64,000 nucleotides of DNA from Candidatus Latescibacterota bacterium (GTDB taxonomy: Bacteria; Latescibacterota; UBA2968; GCA-2709665), in NCBI GenBank assembly GCA_965219995.1, contig CBDCOX010000002.1, positions 4,992,001 through 5,056,000 on the forward strand. Reading direction: 5' to 3'. The notes below the pieces were generated by a model that saw only the letters and a list, made by a program, of their open reading frames with translations, was not told the DNA's origin and did not search any database. Below, piece by piece: positions 1-9,932 of the stretch (position 1 is the first letter of the stretch; each line of letters begins with the position of its first letter). The position numbers and the translations under genes are program-made.

Positions 1-1
1 G

Positions 2-292
2 ATGACGGGGCGCCGCATCTTCTCCGTGGAAATCCACTCGCCTGGCATTTCCGTATTCGGGGACCCGGAAGAGGGCGGAAAGGTGTTCGCGGATAATAAG
101 GACGATCCAGTGGAAGTGCTCGATCCGTTCCATCTCGGCGGCGGCGACGAGACCTGGCGCGCGTACGGCGCGTATGATACCAACCGTCACTTTATGGAAT
201 GCATCCGCGCGGGGAAACAGCCGGAGACTTGTCTGGACGATGCGGTCAAAACCATGGATCTCGTCGACAGGATCTATCAGTCGCAGATCTGA
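2..292 (+). CDS. Gfo/Idh/MocA-family oxidoreductase, C-terminal fragment (5' end outside window)
   Basis: Ends ...HFMECIRAGKQPETCLDDAVKTMDLVDRIYQS, a typical Gfo/Idh/MocA C-terminus. Confidence 0.7.
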   Translation: MTGRRIFSVEIHSPGISVFGDPEEGGKVFADNKDDPVEVLDPFHLGGGDETWRAYGAYDTNRHFMECIRAGKQPETCLDDAVKTMDLVDRIYQSQI

Positions 293-379
293 CGCGAATT
301 GTTCACGACCGGTTACTGCTGTCCAAAACAACCTGGATAAAACAATTTCGGACAGCTGTAATCTAATGTTGAATCAGAC

Positions 380-1074
380 CTGTCCAAAAACGCCAATTGA
401 AGCCACTCTTCAATCCTTATCTCTGAGAGTCCCACGGTTCCTGGACACCAGCGGACCTATGCGCCGAGACATTCGGGCCGCGGAAGCCGCTGTTGAAGGT
501 GGGGCAGACATTCCTGTTTGTCTGGTCACGCGATGCCAATGATGTGTCCGCGCCAATGTGTTTCCCGCATTGTTGTGTTCGGGACGACCCAGAAGACGGG
601 AGATTCTTCGCTGCGCTCAGAATGACATGTTTTGCAATTGCCATATTCGAAATGTCTCGGTCACACGTTTGTCCAACGTGTCATCCTGAGGAAGCCGCTC
701 TGCCTTCCGGCGATCCTTCGGCAGGCAGGCTGACGAAGGATCTACTGCGGCATCGGTTTAAAACAGCGTGAATTGCACGTATACCGACCCGGACGGGCGG
801 CACGTCTGTTCCTGCGTAGTACGAAACCAATGGGAGATTCTTCGCTCCGCTCAGAGTGACTCGTCTATCCATGACCATCAGCGAAATGTACCTGTTATTG
901 CTATGCGGACCTGTTCAGAATCGGTTTCTGTCCTGGACGGCATCTGTTTCGCTTCGGAGAGCCAATGCCTCGACCAGGTTCGCCTGAGTTTCACAAAGTG
1001 CCTGTTTCAGGCGTTTATTGAGACAGGAGCGGCATAATTACGGCCCATGGTATAGTCACCGTGTTTTTGGACAG
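380..1074. mobile_element. Putative non-autonomous element bounded by 12-bp terminal inverted repeats, with REP-like palindromes inside
   Basis: CTGTCCAAAAAC at 380-391 and its exact inverse GTTTTTGGACAG at 1063-1074; related short pairs at 318-356 and 1121-1190; no credible ORF. Confidence 0.45.
598..860. repeat. Cluster of GTCAT(C/T)CTGAG...GAAG(A/G)ATCT REP-like repeats
   Basis: GGGAGATTCTTCGCTGCGCTCAGAATGAC (~598-627), TGTCATCCTGAG...GAAGGATCT (~679-743, opposite orientation), GGGAGATTCTTCGCTCCGCTCAGAGTGAC (~832-860). Confidence 0.7.
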
Positions 1075-1314
1075 CATCGCACAGACAATGGCAAACTGAT
1101 TTTCATATTCCGGGTCAACCCCGTCCAAAAACGCCTATTTACGCCACTTAACGACCCTGATGTCTCAATAACCGTCCGTTTTTGGGCAGCAATGGTAGTT
1201 TCCGTTGTTCGTTTTCTCATGCTTTTTTCGCTTTTATCCTGTCCATCCTGTTCATCCATGTTAATCTCGGTTTCTGAATAAGAGAAGCCCGTCGCTTACC
1301 GATGGAGAGACCCA

Positions 1315-2133
1315 ATGAAAACCATCATGTTTACGAAACACCTGGAGGGCCTGGACGTGCCCGGCATCATCGGCGCATTGAAATCGGTGGGCGTAGAGGG
1401 CGCGGACCTGTGCGTGCGCCCCGGCTATCCGGTACATCCGGAGAACGTGGCAACCGCGCTGCCCGACGCGGCCAGGCGGTTTGCGGACGAAGGGCTTTCC
1501 ATACCCCTGGTCACCACACCGGGCGACTTCGTCAGGCCGGAGATGGATTATGCGGACCGCCTGTACGCGGCCTGCGGCGAAGCGGGCGTGAACCACATCA
1601 AACTGGGATACTGGCACTGGTCCGCCGGGATGGATTACTGGGACGAACTGGACGCGGTCAGAGGGCATCTCGAAGGATTCCAGTCCCTGTCCGAGAAACA
1701 CGGGGTCCAGACCGTGGTGCACAATCACTCGGGGCTGTCGATGGGCCTGAACTCGTGCGCGGCGATGAATGTGGTGAAGGGGTTCGATCCGAAGCACATC
1801 GGCGTGTTTGCCGACCCCGGCCATCTTTCCGTCTGCGGCGAGCCGATCGAACTGGCGCTGAACATCGTCAGGTCGCATCTGTCCGTGGTGGCGCTCAAGG
1901 ACCTGATCCGGCAGCCGCTGCTGCAGAACGGCAGGACAACATGGCGCACGCGGGTCGTGCGGCTGGGCGAGGGGTTCGGAGACTGGCCGGCGTTGTTGCG
2001 CGCGTTCAGGGCGGTGAACTTCGACGGGCCTCTGAGCTTCCACAGCGAGTACAGCGGGGAACCGGTGGATACGGTCATCGATCTGGCCAGGTCGGACGTT
2101 CGATTTTTCACAGCGCTGCTGAAAGAAGGATAA
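1315..2133 (+). CDS. Sugar phosphate isomerase/epimerase (xylose isomerase-like TIM barrel)
   Basis: Motifs VHNHSG, DPGH, LKD, LGEGFGDW, SFHSEY; GGAG upstream. Confidence 0.85.
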   Translation: MKTIMFTKHLEGLDVPGIIGALKSVGVEGADLCVRPGYPVHPENVATALPDAARRFADEGLSIPLVTTPGDFVRPEMDYADRLYAACGEAGVNHIKLGYWHWSAGMDYWDELDAVRGHLEGFQSLSEKHGVQTVVHNHSGLSMGLNSCAAMNVVKGFDPKHIGVFADPGHLSVCGEPIELALNIVRSHLSVVALKDLIRQPLLQNGRTTWRTRVVRLGEGFGDWPALLRAFRAVNFDGPLSFHSEYSGEPVDTVIDLARSDVRFFTALLKEG

Positions 2134-2158
2134 CGCCACCTTTAATTGACAAAAGTGG

Positions 2159-2199
2159 AGGGCGGCCGGGGTAGATCCCGGCCGCCCTTTGTTTTATTT
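2159..2199 (+). terminator. Rho-independent terminator
   Basis: AGGGCGGCCGGG-gtagat-CCCGGCCGCCCT followed by a T-rich tail. Confidence 0.75.
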
Positions 2200-2258
2200 C
2201 TGCAAGCCGCCGCAGTCCGAAAATTCAGAAAAGGCGATGTTTGAAAGGTGTGATTTCT

Positions 2259-2349
2259 TGTGCTTTTTGTGCCTTTTGTGGCAATTGCATTTGTGCTTCA
2301 GGACAGGATGAGCGGTACAATCGCCACAAAAAGCACAAAGGGCACAAAC
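2259..2349. repeat. Inverted pair of TTTGTG(C)-type tandem repeats (related copy at ~39160-39187)
   Basis: TGTGCTTTTTGTGCCTTTTGTGGC ... GCCACAAAAAGCACAAAGGGCACAAA. Confidence 0.65.
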
Positions 2350-2385
2350 GTAAAAACGACCGTGGGAACGATTGCAAGGGAGGTT

Positions 2386-5300
2386 TCAGTCGAAGGTCGC
2401 CCGGCAGTTCGCGCGTATCCGAAATCGTCCGTCCCTCTGCCTGGTGGCCGTGGCCGTTGGCGTGACCGATACGGCGTCTCCCGGTCCGACGTCGTAAAGA
2501 TAGGCAATCTCGCCGACGTTGAATCTCGCGGCGAGGTCGTGTCCGCCCATCAGCCGGATCCCCGCGTCGCGCCGCACGCCAGGGCTGTGAGGCGCGAGCG
2601 TAACGTCGTCAACCGGCAGCCAGACCGAGTGGTCCTTGTCCGTGAGCCAGGCGCCGCGGTAATATCCCTGCGCCGCCATATAGAGGTTCGTTTTGGTGGA
2701 CAGCCCGGTCCCATCCGCGTTGCGTCCGGTGATGACGAACCGGCCGATTCGGAAACTGTCGTCGCCGAACCGGATGCGATAACGCCGCCCCTTGCCTTCC
2801 ACGGCGCTGATATTGTAGGCGGTGGCGCGGCGGGGGTTCCCGATACGTGCGACGTCGCCCCTGAGGCCCGCCGCGCGGAAGGCCTGGCTCCCGGGATCCC
2901 GTTCTACGGTAATTGAGGAAGACCGCGGATCGATTTCCACGATTTTTCCCTGCACGGGTTTGTCAATGGAGAGGGAATGCCCACCGGAACTGATGCATCC
3001 GGAGCCTGACTGGTGCAGGGAAACCAGCTTTCCCTCCATGTCGTGGCGGGCCAGGCTGAAGCAGCCGCCGGACGGGCCGGGGGCGTGGCGGATCGTGTCT
3101 TCGCCGGTTCGATGTCTTATCTTCAGCGCGAGGGAATCGCCGCCTGCATCCAGTTGTTCTACGCCCTGGATTTTCTTTTCGCCTCTAAAGGGTTCGTGTA
3201 CAGCCACAAAGCGGCTGGCCGCGCCTTGCTCTTCGTTGCGCAGCAGCACCCAGGTGAGATGTTTCGGGTTTCCCGGCTTTCTGGGGGGATCCCCCTGTGC
3301 GACGATCGCTTCGTCGGAGGGCAGGAACGTCGTATTCAGGCCGATGCCGGTCTTCGGGTCGCGCCACGTGGAGGTCCACGCCGCGGTCGGTTTCCCGCGC
3401 TGCGCATCGTACAGATACGAGTATCCGCCGCCCCGGTAGGTGTAGTAGGAACGGCCCTTCTTTACCGGGTCGGTAAGGCCGTCGTCGTCATATATGGCGC
3501 CGTAGGGCACGTCCGGACCTGCCAGAGTTCCCTGCTGCTGTGGAGGCGTGAGCGCGATATCGTCCGCCTTAAACGCACCGTCGAATCCGTGCAGGCTGTA
3601 GTCGTGTCGTGTCCCGCCCGCCACCCGGAAGGCGTCGAGGACGTAACGGGCGTCCTTGCCGACTTCGATGAGCGCGAGCGTCCGCCGGTACTCGGACGTA
3701 TGGTGATAGGTTTCCGGGGCGTCGACCTGCACCCAGGTCAGGTCTCCCGCCCTCACGAATTGCTCCAGCCTGCCGGGCGCCTGCGTATCCTGCCTCCGGC
3801 CGTCCACCACGACCGTTGCGTGGGCCAGGGTGTTCTTGGTCCATACCGCGGGGCGGTCACCCTCGGCGGCGTGTTCGCCGTAACCGAGGTCGGGAATGAG
3901 TTTGCGGCCGTACGCGAAGAGTTCCACGTTGAGGCGGTCGAAATGCGCGTGCTCGGTGGCCGCCCGTCCGTAATATAGCGCAACAGCCGTTCGTTCGCGG
4001 CCTCGCCCGGACCGCATCAGGGCCAGGCCGAACCCCCCCATGAGCCGGCTTTCCGTGCTCATCGCCTTGAGTTCGGCGGCGCCGTCGGCGTGGGGTGAGG
4101 GTTCAACAGGTTCTTCCAGCAGCGACTCGAAGCCGTTGAAGCCGGTTTTCACGCTTCGCAGCAGTTCGCCGACGACCGGATCTCCCGTGGCTCTGTACGC
4201 TTCCTGCAGGGTATCGCTTGCAAGGGCTACGTGGCCGCCCGTCGTGGTGCCCGCGTCGCCAATGCACGGGGTGAAGCGGTCCAGGCAGGTCATTTCCGCG
4301 GCCCAGCGGTACATGCGCCTGAACTTCGGCCTGTCCCATAGCCGTATGCCCTGCTCTTCCAGCAGGCGGGCGATCACGGTAAGGTGCGTGACCCAACTGC
4401 TGTTGTAGCTGGGGGAACTCTCCCACCCCATGCCCTCACGGAAGATCAGGTTGTCCAGCGCGAAGTTGATCCCTTCCGCGTGTGCGGCCTTGTCGCGAAA
4501 GATATACCCGTCGAAATGGGTGAGCATTTCCTTGAGTTCCGTGGCTTCACCCGTGTTGTTCAACGTCCAGTCGACGGCTTTGTCGATTTCATTCCGGTCT
4601 CCCGAGGCGAGTGCCGCGACCAGCAGGGCCTCCTGGTGTCCGCCGTAGTTGCTTCGGACGTCGCCCCGGTAGATGCCTTCCAGGCTCGCGCCTATGATGC
4701 CGGTCTCGAGTTTTCGGCGGAATCGGTCCGCATCCGAACTGAAGACGGGGTCGTAGGGGATGGCGCCGCGGACGGCGTCCAGGGCGTGGCACAGCCGGCG
4801 CACGGTGCCGGATTCGGAAATCAGGTCGTTCATCTTCCCCGTATAGCCCGGCGAGAATTCCAGTGCGTACATGGATTGCCTGCTGTAGTCCATGTGCGGA
4901 TAGACCTCGGCAAGCCGGTCCAGAATGACGAGCGCCTTGTGGGCGTACCGGTTGTCGCCGCTGAGCAGATAGGCCTGCGAGAGTGAGGTGAGGCCTGCGA
5001 CGACGGCGTTCCACGTATTGCAACAGCAATAGGCGATGAACCAGTGCCGAAAGGGCGCGTTTTCGCCTCGCCAGCCCCATCCGTCGTCCGCGTACGGACC
5101 GGTGAGCAGGCTGCGGTCTTCCATGCCGCTCTGGTAGAATGCCTCGAAGTCGTTGCTGGGATAGGATTCGCCGCCCACGGCGCAGGTCACGCGCCATTTG
5201 TCCTTGAATGGATCGTGTTTCCACCCGCCCTGGGCGTACCCGCCGTAACCGTTGGGGCCGCTGCCGTGGACCGGACATCCGCTGACGAAGTTGATGGTCC

Positions 5301-5469
5301 AGCTCCGCGGTACTTCGGGGCCCGGCATCAGCCCGCGGATGAGTTCCTGGTCCCGTTCCAGCCAAGGATTCGCGTCTTCGATGATACGCCCGGCGACTTT
5401 CTTCGCGTTCGCGTCAGCCGCGGCTCGTTGCCGGGCAAGCCGGATCTGTTCCGGAGTGTAGAGATTCAC
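2386..5469 (-). CDS. Heparinase II/III-family (polysaccharide lyase-like) protein, ~1027 aa
   Basis: ESSPSYN, HAHFDRLN, PDLGY, NTLAHATVVVDG motifs; GTG start at 5469 preceded by AGGAG. Confidence 0.8.
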   Translation of the reverse strand: MNLYTPEQIRLARQRAAADANAKKVAGRIIEDANPWLERDQELIRGLMPGPEVPRSWTINFVSGCPVHGSGPNGYGGYAQGGWKHDPFKDKWRVTCAVGGESYPSNDFEAFYQSGMEDRSLLTGPYADDGWGWRGENAPFRHWFIAYCCCNTWNAVVAGLTSLSQAYLLSGDNRYAHKALVILDRLAEVYPHMDYSRQSMYALEFSPGYTGKMNDLISESGTVRRLCHALDAVRGAIPYDPVFSSDADRFRRKLETGIIGASLEGIYRGDVRSNYGGHQEALLVAALASGDRNEIDKAVDWTLNNTGEATELKEMLTHFDGYIFRDKAAHAEGINFALDNLIFREGMGWESSPSYNSSWVTHLTVIARLLEEQGIRLWDRPKFRRMYRWAAEMTCLDRFTPCIGDAGTTTGGHVALASDTLQEAYRATGDPVVGELLRSVKTGFNGFESLLEEPVEPSPHADGAAELKAMSTESRLMGGFGLALMRSGRGRERTAVALYYGRAATEHAHFDRLNVELFAYGRKLIPDLGYGEHAAEGDRPAVWTKNTLAHATVVVDGRRQDTQAPGRLEQFVRAGDLTWVQVDAPETYHHTSEYRRTLALIEVGKDARYVLDAFRVAGGTRHDYSLHGFDGAFKADDIALTPPQQQGTLAGPDVPYGAIYDDDGLTDPVKKGRSYYTYRGGGYSYLYDAQRGKPTAAWTSTWRDPKTGIGLNTTFLPSDEAIVAQGDPPRKPGNPKHLTWVLLRNEEQGAASRFVAVHEPFRGEKKIQGVEQLDAGGDSLALKIRHRTGEDTIRHAPGPSGGCFSLARHDMEGKLVSLHQSGSGCISSGGHSLSIDKPVQGKIVEIDPRSSSITVERDPGSQAFRAAGLRGDVARIGNPRRATAYNISAVEGKGRRYRIRFGDDSFRIGRFVITGRNADGTGLSTKTNLYMAAQGYYRGAWLTDKDHSVWLPVDDVTLAPHSPGVRRDAGIRLMGGHDLAARFNVGEIAYLYDVGPGDAVSVTPTATATRQRDGRFRIRANCRATFD

Positions 5470-5817
5470 CTGTACTCCTGGTTTTCTGTGACAGTTGACG
5501 CGGATGCTCCTTTTCGTGCAGGAGACCATCCGCGCGCGGGAAGATTTCGGAGGCGCCGTTTGCGCAGAGCGGGCATCGAAGCGGAACCGATGACCGGCCC
5601 AACAGTATTTCGAAAGCAAGGGGAATCCGCAAGGCCAATTTCGACCGGCGGGATGAATCGCCGGATGAATAGAAGGTTTTCACCGCGGTGCGCATCGGAG
5701 GGTCAACTCGAGTCGTGCGCCACTTGCCGAAGCGCTTGACGCCTGATGACATATTTGATAAATAGTCGAGGTTCGACGGCAGGCTTTATTTGCTTCGGGA
5801 ACCCAGGGGGAATCTGA

Positions 5818-6759
5818 ATGGAATACCGCACGCTCGGACGAACCGGGCTTCGTGTTTCGGTGCTGGGCATCGGTACTGGGGGCCCGAGTCAACTCGGACA
5901 GGGTTCCGGCGTTCCGGAGGCCGATGCCGGCCGGATGGTGCGCAGGGCGCTGGAACTGGGCGTCAATTTCTTCGATACCGCCGCCGGGTATGGGGATAGC
6001 GAGGGAATTCTCGGCAGGGCGCTGGCGGGCGTGCCGCGGGAGGACTACGTGCTGGCGACAAAGGTGCAGGCGGCGCGGGACGACTGGACCGCCACACCCG
6101 AAGACGTGGCCGCCTCCGTGGAGCGGAGCCTTGCGCGGCTTAATGTCGACGTGATCGACATCATGCAGTTCCACGGCGTAAAGCCGGACGACTACGCCCG
6201 CACGATCGACATCTTTCTGCCGGTGATGACGCGCCTTCAGGAGCAGGGTAAATTCCGTTTTCTGGGCGTATCTGAGACCTATTCGCAGGATCCGGGACAC
6301 GAGATGTTTCCGATGGCGCTGGCCGACGACCATTTTGACACGGCAATGGTCGGGTACAATATGATCAGTCCCACGGCGGAGCACAGCGTACTGCCGATGT
6401 GCCGGGAAAAGAACGTGGGCGTGATCTGTATGGTGGCCGTACGCCGGGCGCTGAGCAGACCGGAGGTGTTGGCGGAGCGCATCGCCTACGCGAAGGAGAA
6501 AGGGCTGATAAAAAGGGATTCCGTGCCGGACGAGGATCCGCTGGGCTGGCTCGTGAAAGGGCACGTGAATTCGCTGCCGGCGGCCGCGTACAAATACGTG
6601 GCGTCGCATCCGGCGGTGGGTACGGTGCTTTCAGGCACGGCGAACGTCGAACACCTGGAAGCCAACGTGAAGGCCATTCTCGGGCCGCCGCTGCCGGACG
6701 AAGACATGGCGCGACTGAGAGACATCTTCGGCGGCGTGTGGGAGCCGTTGGGGAACTGA
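5818..6759 (+). CDS. Aldo/keto reductase
   Basis: YRTLGRTGLRVS, FFDTAAGYG, LATK, SLARLNVDVID. Confidence 0.92.
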   Translation: MEYRTLGRTGLRVSVLGIGTGGPSQLGQGSGVPEADAGRMVRRALELGVNFFDTAAGYGDSEGILGRALAGVPREDYVLATKVQAARDDWTATPEDVAASVERSLARLNVDVIDIMQFHGVKPDDYARTIDIFLPVMTRLQEQGKFRFLGVSETYSQDPGHEMFPMALADDHFDTAMVGYNMISPTAEHSVLPMCREKNVGVICMVAVRRALSRPEVLAERIAYAKEKGLIKRDSVPDEDPLGWLVKGHVNSLPAAAYKYVASHPAVGTVLSGTANVEHLEANVKAILGPPLPDEDMARLRDIFGGVWEPLGN

Positions 6760-6780
6760 AAAAGGCGGTGAGAGGGTAGG

Positions 6781-6820
6781 CCCTCACCCCCCGGCCCCCT
6801 CTCCCAAGGGGAGAGGGGGA
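6781..6820. repeat. CCCTCACCCC...GGGAGAGGGG palindromic REP-like repeat (relatives at ~24624-24658, 42805-42844, 53674-53717, 63022-63047)
   Basis: CCCTCACCCCCCGGCCCCCTCTCCCAAGGGGAGAGGGGGA hairpin recurring in intergenic gaps. Confidence 0.7.
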
Positions 6821-6919
6821 GCAGACAGCTTGAAGCAAAACCAGGATACCCTGAGCGGATCACCGTTTCCCCCTTCCCCCCGGGAAGGGGTCAATACATA
6901 TCAGGGGGTAGGTCTAGAA

Positions 6920-7083
6920 GGCGGTGAGAGGGGAGATGATATGCCTGCCTCGTGCGGTTTCATTTCTTGCCAAAGGCATGTAGGAATAAACAAATCCGGC
7001 AAGGACGTCATCTACCGTCTAACGTCTTACGTCTCACCGAATTCAGGTTTTTCATCTACCGTCTCCCGTCTTACGTCTCACCG
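6920..7083. repeat. Heptamer-bounded modular element, locus 1 (core A + short core C)
   Basis: Units TCATCTACCGTCT(A/C)(A/C)CGTCTTACGTCTCACCG at 7008-7039 and 7052-7083; inverted partial unit at 6920-6939. Confidence 0.8.
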
Positions 7084-7177
7084 AAGTTAGAAGGCCATAT
7101 CACAGAGAGCTGGGATGTATCGGCTGGCGATTGGGAAGGCATTATCGGGACAGGAAACGATCTGAAGGGAGCGTTCC

Positions 7178-8296
7178 ATGGGCGAGACAACCGCGGAGTC
7201 CGCGGCGGCGACAAACGGCCGGAAATCCGACGTGACCCTGATCGACGCGGACGTGCACAATTATCCCGACTCCATAAACGAACTCCTGCCCCACCTGTCG
7301 AGGCGGTGGCAGGCGTACGTGAAGCAGTCCGGGTTTACGATTCCGTCGGTTTCAATCTATCCCAAGCTCTATGCCCAGGCCGCCCGGCGCGACGCGTGGC
7401 CCCCGAGCGGCAGGAGGCCCGGCGCAGACGCCGATTTTGCCCGGGAGCAGTTGCTCGATACGTGGGATATCCACTATGCGGTCCTCAACCCGCTCGTCGC
7501 GGTGTCGTCCGTACGAAATATCGATCTCGCCAACGCGCTGCAGCGGGCGGTCAACGAATGGACCCGGGAGGCGTGGCTGGAGGCCGACCGGCGCTGGCGC
7601 GGATCCATCGTCGTCAACATCCAGGACGCAGACGCCGCCGCGGCCGAGATCGAGCGCCTCGCCTCCGACCGTCGATTTGTACAGGTGCTGCTGCTCGTGC
7701 GCTCATACGCCCCTTACGGTCGGCGCGAATTCAGGCCCATCTTTCGCGCGGCGGCGGCGGCCGACCTGCCCGTAGGCATACATTTCGGCGGCGGCGGCAA
7801 TCCCATTACGGCCAGCGGCTGGCCATCCTATTACATCGAGGACCACACGGGAATGTCGCAGGCCTTCGAAGCCCAGGTGATCAGCCTGGTATGCGAAGGC
7901 GTTTTCGAGGAACTGCCGTCTGCCCGGGTGGCCCTCATCGAGGGCGGATTTGCCTGGCTTCCGGCGCTCATGTGGCGGTTGGACAAGAACTACCGGGGGC
8001 TGCGCAGCGAAGTGCCATGGCTCCGGAGGCTGCCCAGCGAAACCATCCTGGACCACTTCCGCGCGACGACGCAGCCCATGGAGGAGCCCGCCGATACCCG
8101 GCACCTGCTGTCCATTCTGGACATGATCGGGCGAGACGACTTCCTGATGTTCGCCACCGATTACCCCCACTGGGACTTCGACGCCCCCGACCGGGCCCTG
8201 CCGCGGGTCATCAAAGGCGCCCTCAGACAGCGCATTCTGTCCGAAAACGCAACGGCTTTCTATGGCCTTGAAGACAATCGACATCGGGTCAGTTGA
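7178..8296 (+). CDS. Amidohydrolase_2-fold protein, probable amidohydrolase-related dinuclear oxygenase
   Basis: [40 protein letters not shown]; overlaps a Rieske gene. Confidence 0.8.
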   Translation: MGETTAESAAATNGRKSDVTLIDADVHNYPDSINELLPHLSRRWQAYVKQSGFTIPSVSIYPKLYAQAARRDAWPPSGRRPGADADFAREQLLDTWDIHYAVLNPLVAVSSVRNIDLANALQRAVNEWTREAWLEADRRWRGSIVVNIQDADAAAAEIERLASDRRFVQVLLLVRSYAPYGRREFRPIFRAAAAADLPVGIHFGGGGNPITASGWPSYYIEDHTGMSQAFEAQVISLVCEGVFEELPSARVALIEGGFAWLPALMWRLDKNYRGLRSEVPWLRRLPSETILDHFRATTQPMEEPADTRHLLSILDMIGRDDFLMFATDYPHWDFDAPDRALPRVIKGALRQRILSENATAFYGLEDNRHRVS

Positions 8297-8627
8297 CGAC
8301 TTCAAGGCCGGCCGGCCTCGCCGGGTGGACGCGGGAGGGCGGGCGCTGACGGTGGTGCGCCGCGGCCGGCGTTTCTTCGCGTTGCGCGACATCTGTCCCC
8401 ATCAGGGTGCGCCGCTGTCCGCCGGTAAGGTGGACGGTACCGCCCTGCCGTGCCGACCCGGCGAGGAAATCTCGTACGGCCGCGTGGGCGAAATCCTTAC
8501 CTGTCCCTGGCACGGCTGGCAATTCGACCTGTCCACGGGCCGCGCCCTGATCGAGCCCGATCGATTCCGCGTGCGGGTCTACCCGGTGCGCGTCGTTTGC
8601 GGACGCGTGGTTGTGGACATGGAATAG
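8262..8627 (+). CDS. Rieske [2Fe-2S] ferredoxin
   Basis: CPHQG ... CPWHGWQFD. Confidence 0.92.
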   Translation: MALKTIDIGSVDDFKAGRPRRVDAGGRALTVVRRGRRFFALRDICPHQGAPLSAGKVDGTALPCRPGEEISYGRVGEILTCPWHGWQFDLSTGRALIEPDRFRVRVYPVRVVCGRVVVDME

Positions 8628-8698
8628 CCCTCTGTTCTCGTCCGGCCTACTGTGCAAGGCCGGACACCCGAACGACCTTCCCCCGATCGGAGCCACGA

Positions 8699-9883
8699 TT
8701 GATCCGTATCGGCAATCCGTTTTCCGAGTGGAACCGGGATTTCAGACTGCTGGCCGCGGCGGCGTTTTCCGTTGGCGTGTTCTTCGGCGTGCAACTCACG
8801 CTGTACAACAACTTCGCCGTGGAGCGCCTGGGCATCGAGCCGCACGAACTCGGGTACGTGGAAGCCCTGCGGGAGACGTCGGGATTCCTGAATGCGTTCT
8901 TCATCGCGCTCATGATGCGGGTGGCGCCGCCTGTCGTCGCCGGTGCTTCCCTGCTGGTGATGGGCGCCGGGCTTGCCGCGTACGCGGATGTGTATACCGT
9001 GTTTTCCCTCGCGGTATATTCGGCGCTGTGGGGCATCGGATTCCATTGCTGGATCCCTATGGAGCAGTCCATGGCGCTGCGGTTTTCGCCCGGGGGAAAG
9101 AAGGGAAAATGGCTGGGTCAGCTGCGGAGCGTTCATGCCCTGGCGTGGCTGCTGACCATCGGGGTCTGCAATCTCGTATTCCATCTGATCCGATACGACT
9201 GGCTGTTCGTGGGCGCGGGTGCGATTACGGCGCTCGGCGGACTGACGATCTTCTTCGCCAGCAGAAAGCGACCGGATGTGCCGGAGAAGAGTTTCGTGTT
9301 CCGCCGTCGGTACGGCCTGTATTACGCGCTGAATTTTCTTCAGGGCTGCCGGAAGCAGATGTTCATCACGTTTGCCATCTTCGCGCTGGTGAAAGTCCAT
9401 GGGATGCCCGTGGAGACGACGATGGCGCTCGTGCTGATCAATCAGACGCTGATTACGTTAACGGCCCCGCTGATGGGCCGGATGGTGGACAGGTATGGAG
9501 AGCGGGCGGTGCTCAGCTGGAGCTATATCGGGCTGGCCTTCGTCTTTTTCGGATACGGCGCGATTCAGCACCGTCCAACGCTGTACGTGCTTTATTGCGT
9601 GGACAACCTTATCTTCTTCGGCGGCATCGCGCTGACCACGTACCTTCACAAGATCGCGCCGCAGGAGGACCTGAAACCCACGTTGTCCATGGGTGTGACG
9701 ATGAACCATTTCGCAGCTGTGGCGGCCCCGCTGATCGGCGGGCTGGTCTGGCGTTACTTCGGCTACCAGGTGATCTTTTTCAGCGGCGCGGTCCTGGCGT
9801 TGATTTCACTGGTGGTGAGCCGGTGGGTGGATCCGGAGGGATTGCTTCGTCGGGAACGCGAGGCGCTTGCATTGGCGGATTGA
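8699..9883 (+). CDS. MFS transporter
   Basis: Multiple hydrophobic segments, GRMVDRYGER loop motif; TTG start after GGAG (start approximate). Confidence 0.85.
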   Translation: MIRIGNPFSEWNRDFRLLAAAAFSVGVFFGVQLTLYNNFAVERLGIEPHELGYVEALRETSGFLNAFFIALMMRVAPPVVAGASLLVMGAGLAAYADVYTVFSLAVYSALWGIGFHCWIPMEQSMALRFSPGGKKGKWLGQLRSVHALAWLLTIGVCNLVFHLIRYDWLFVGAGAITALGGLTIFFASRKRPDVPEKSFVFRRRYGLYYALNFLQGCRKQMFITFAIFALVKVHGMPVETTMALVLINQTLITLTAPLMGRMVDRYGERAVLSWSYIGLAFVFFGYGAIQHRPTLYVLYCVDNLIFFGGIALTTYLHKIAPQEDLKPTLSMGVTMNHFAAVAAPLIGGLVWRYFGYQVIFFSGAVLALISLVVSRWVDPEGLLRREREALALAD

Positions 9884-9932
9884 CCCCAGCGCAGGCGTCG
9901 TACTGATTGATTATCGGGAGATGGAGGGCAGG

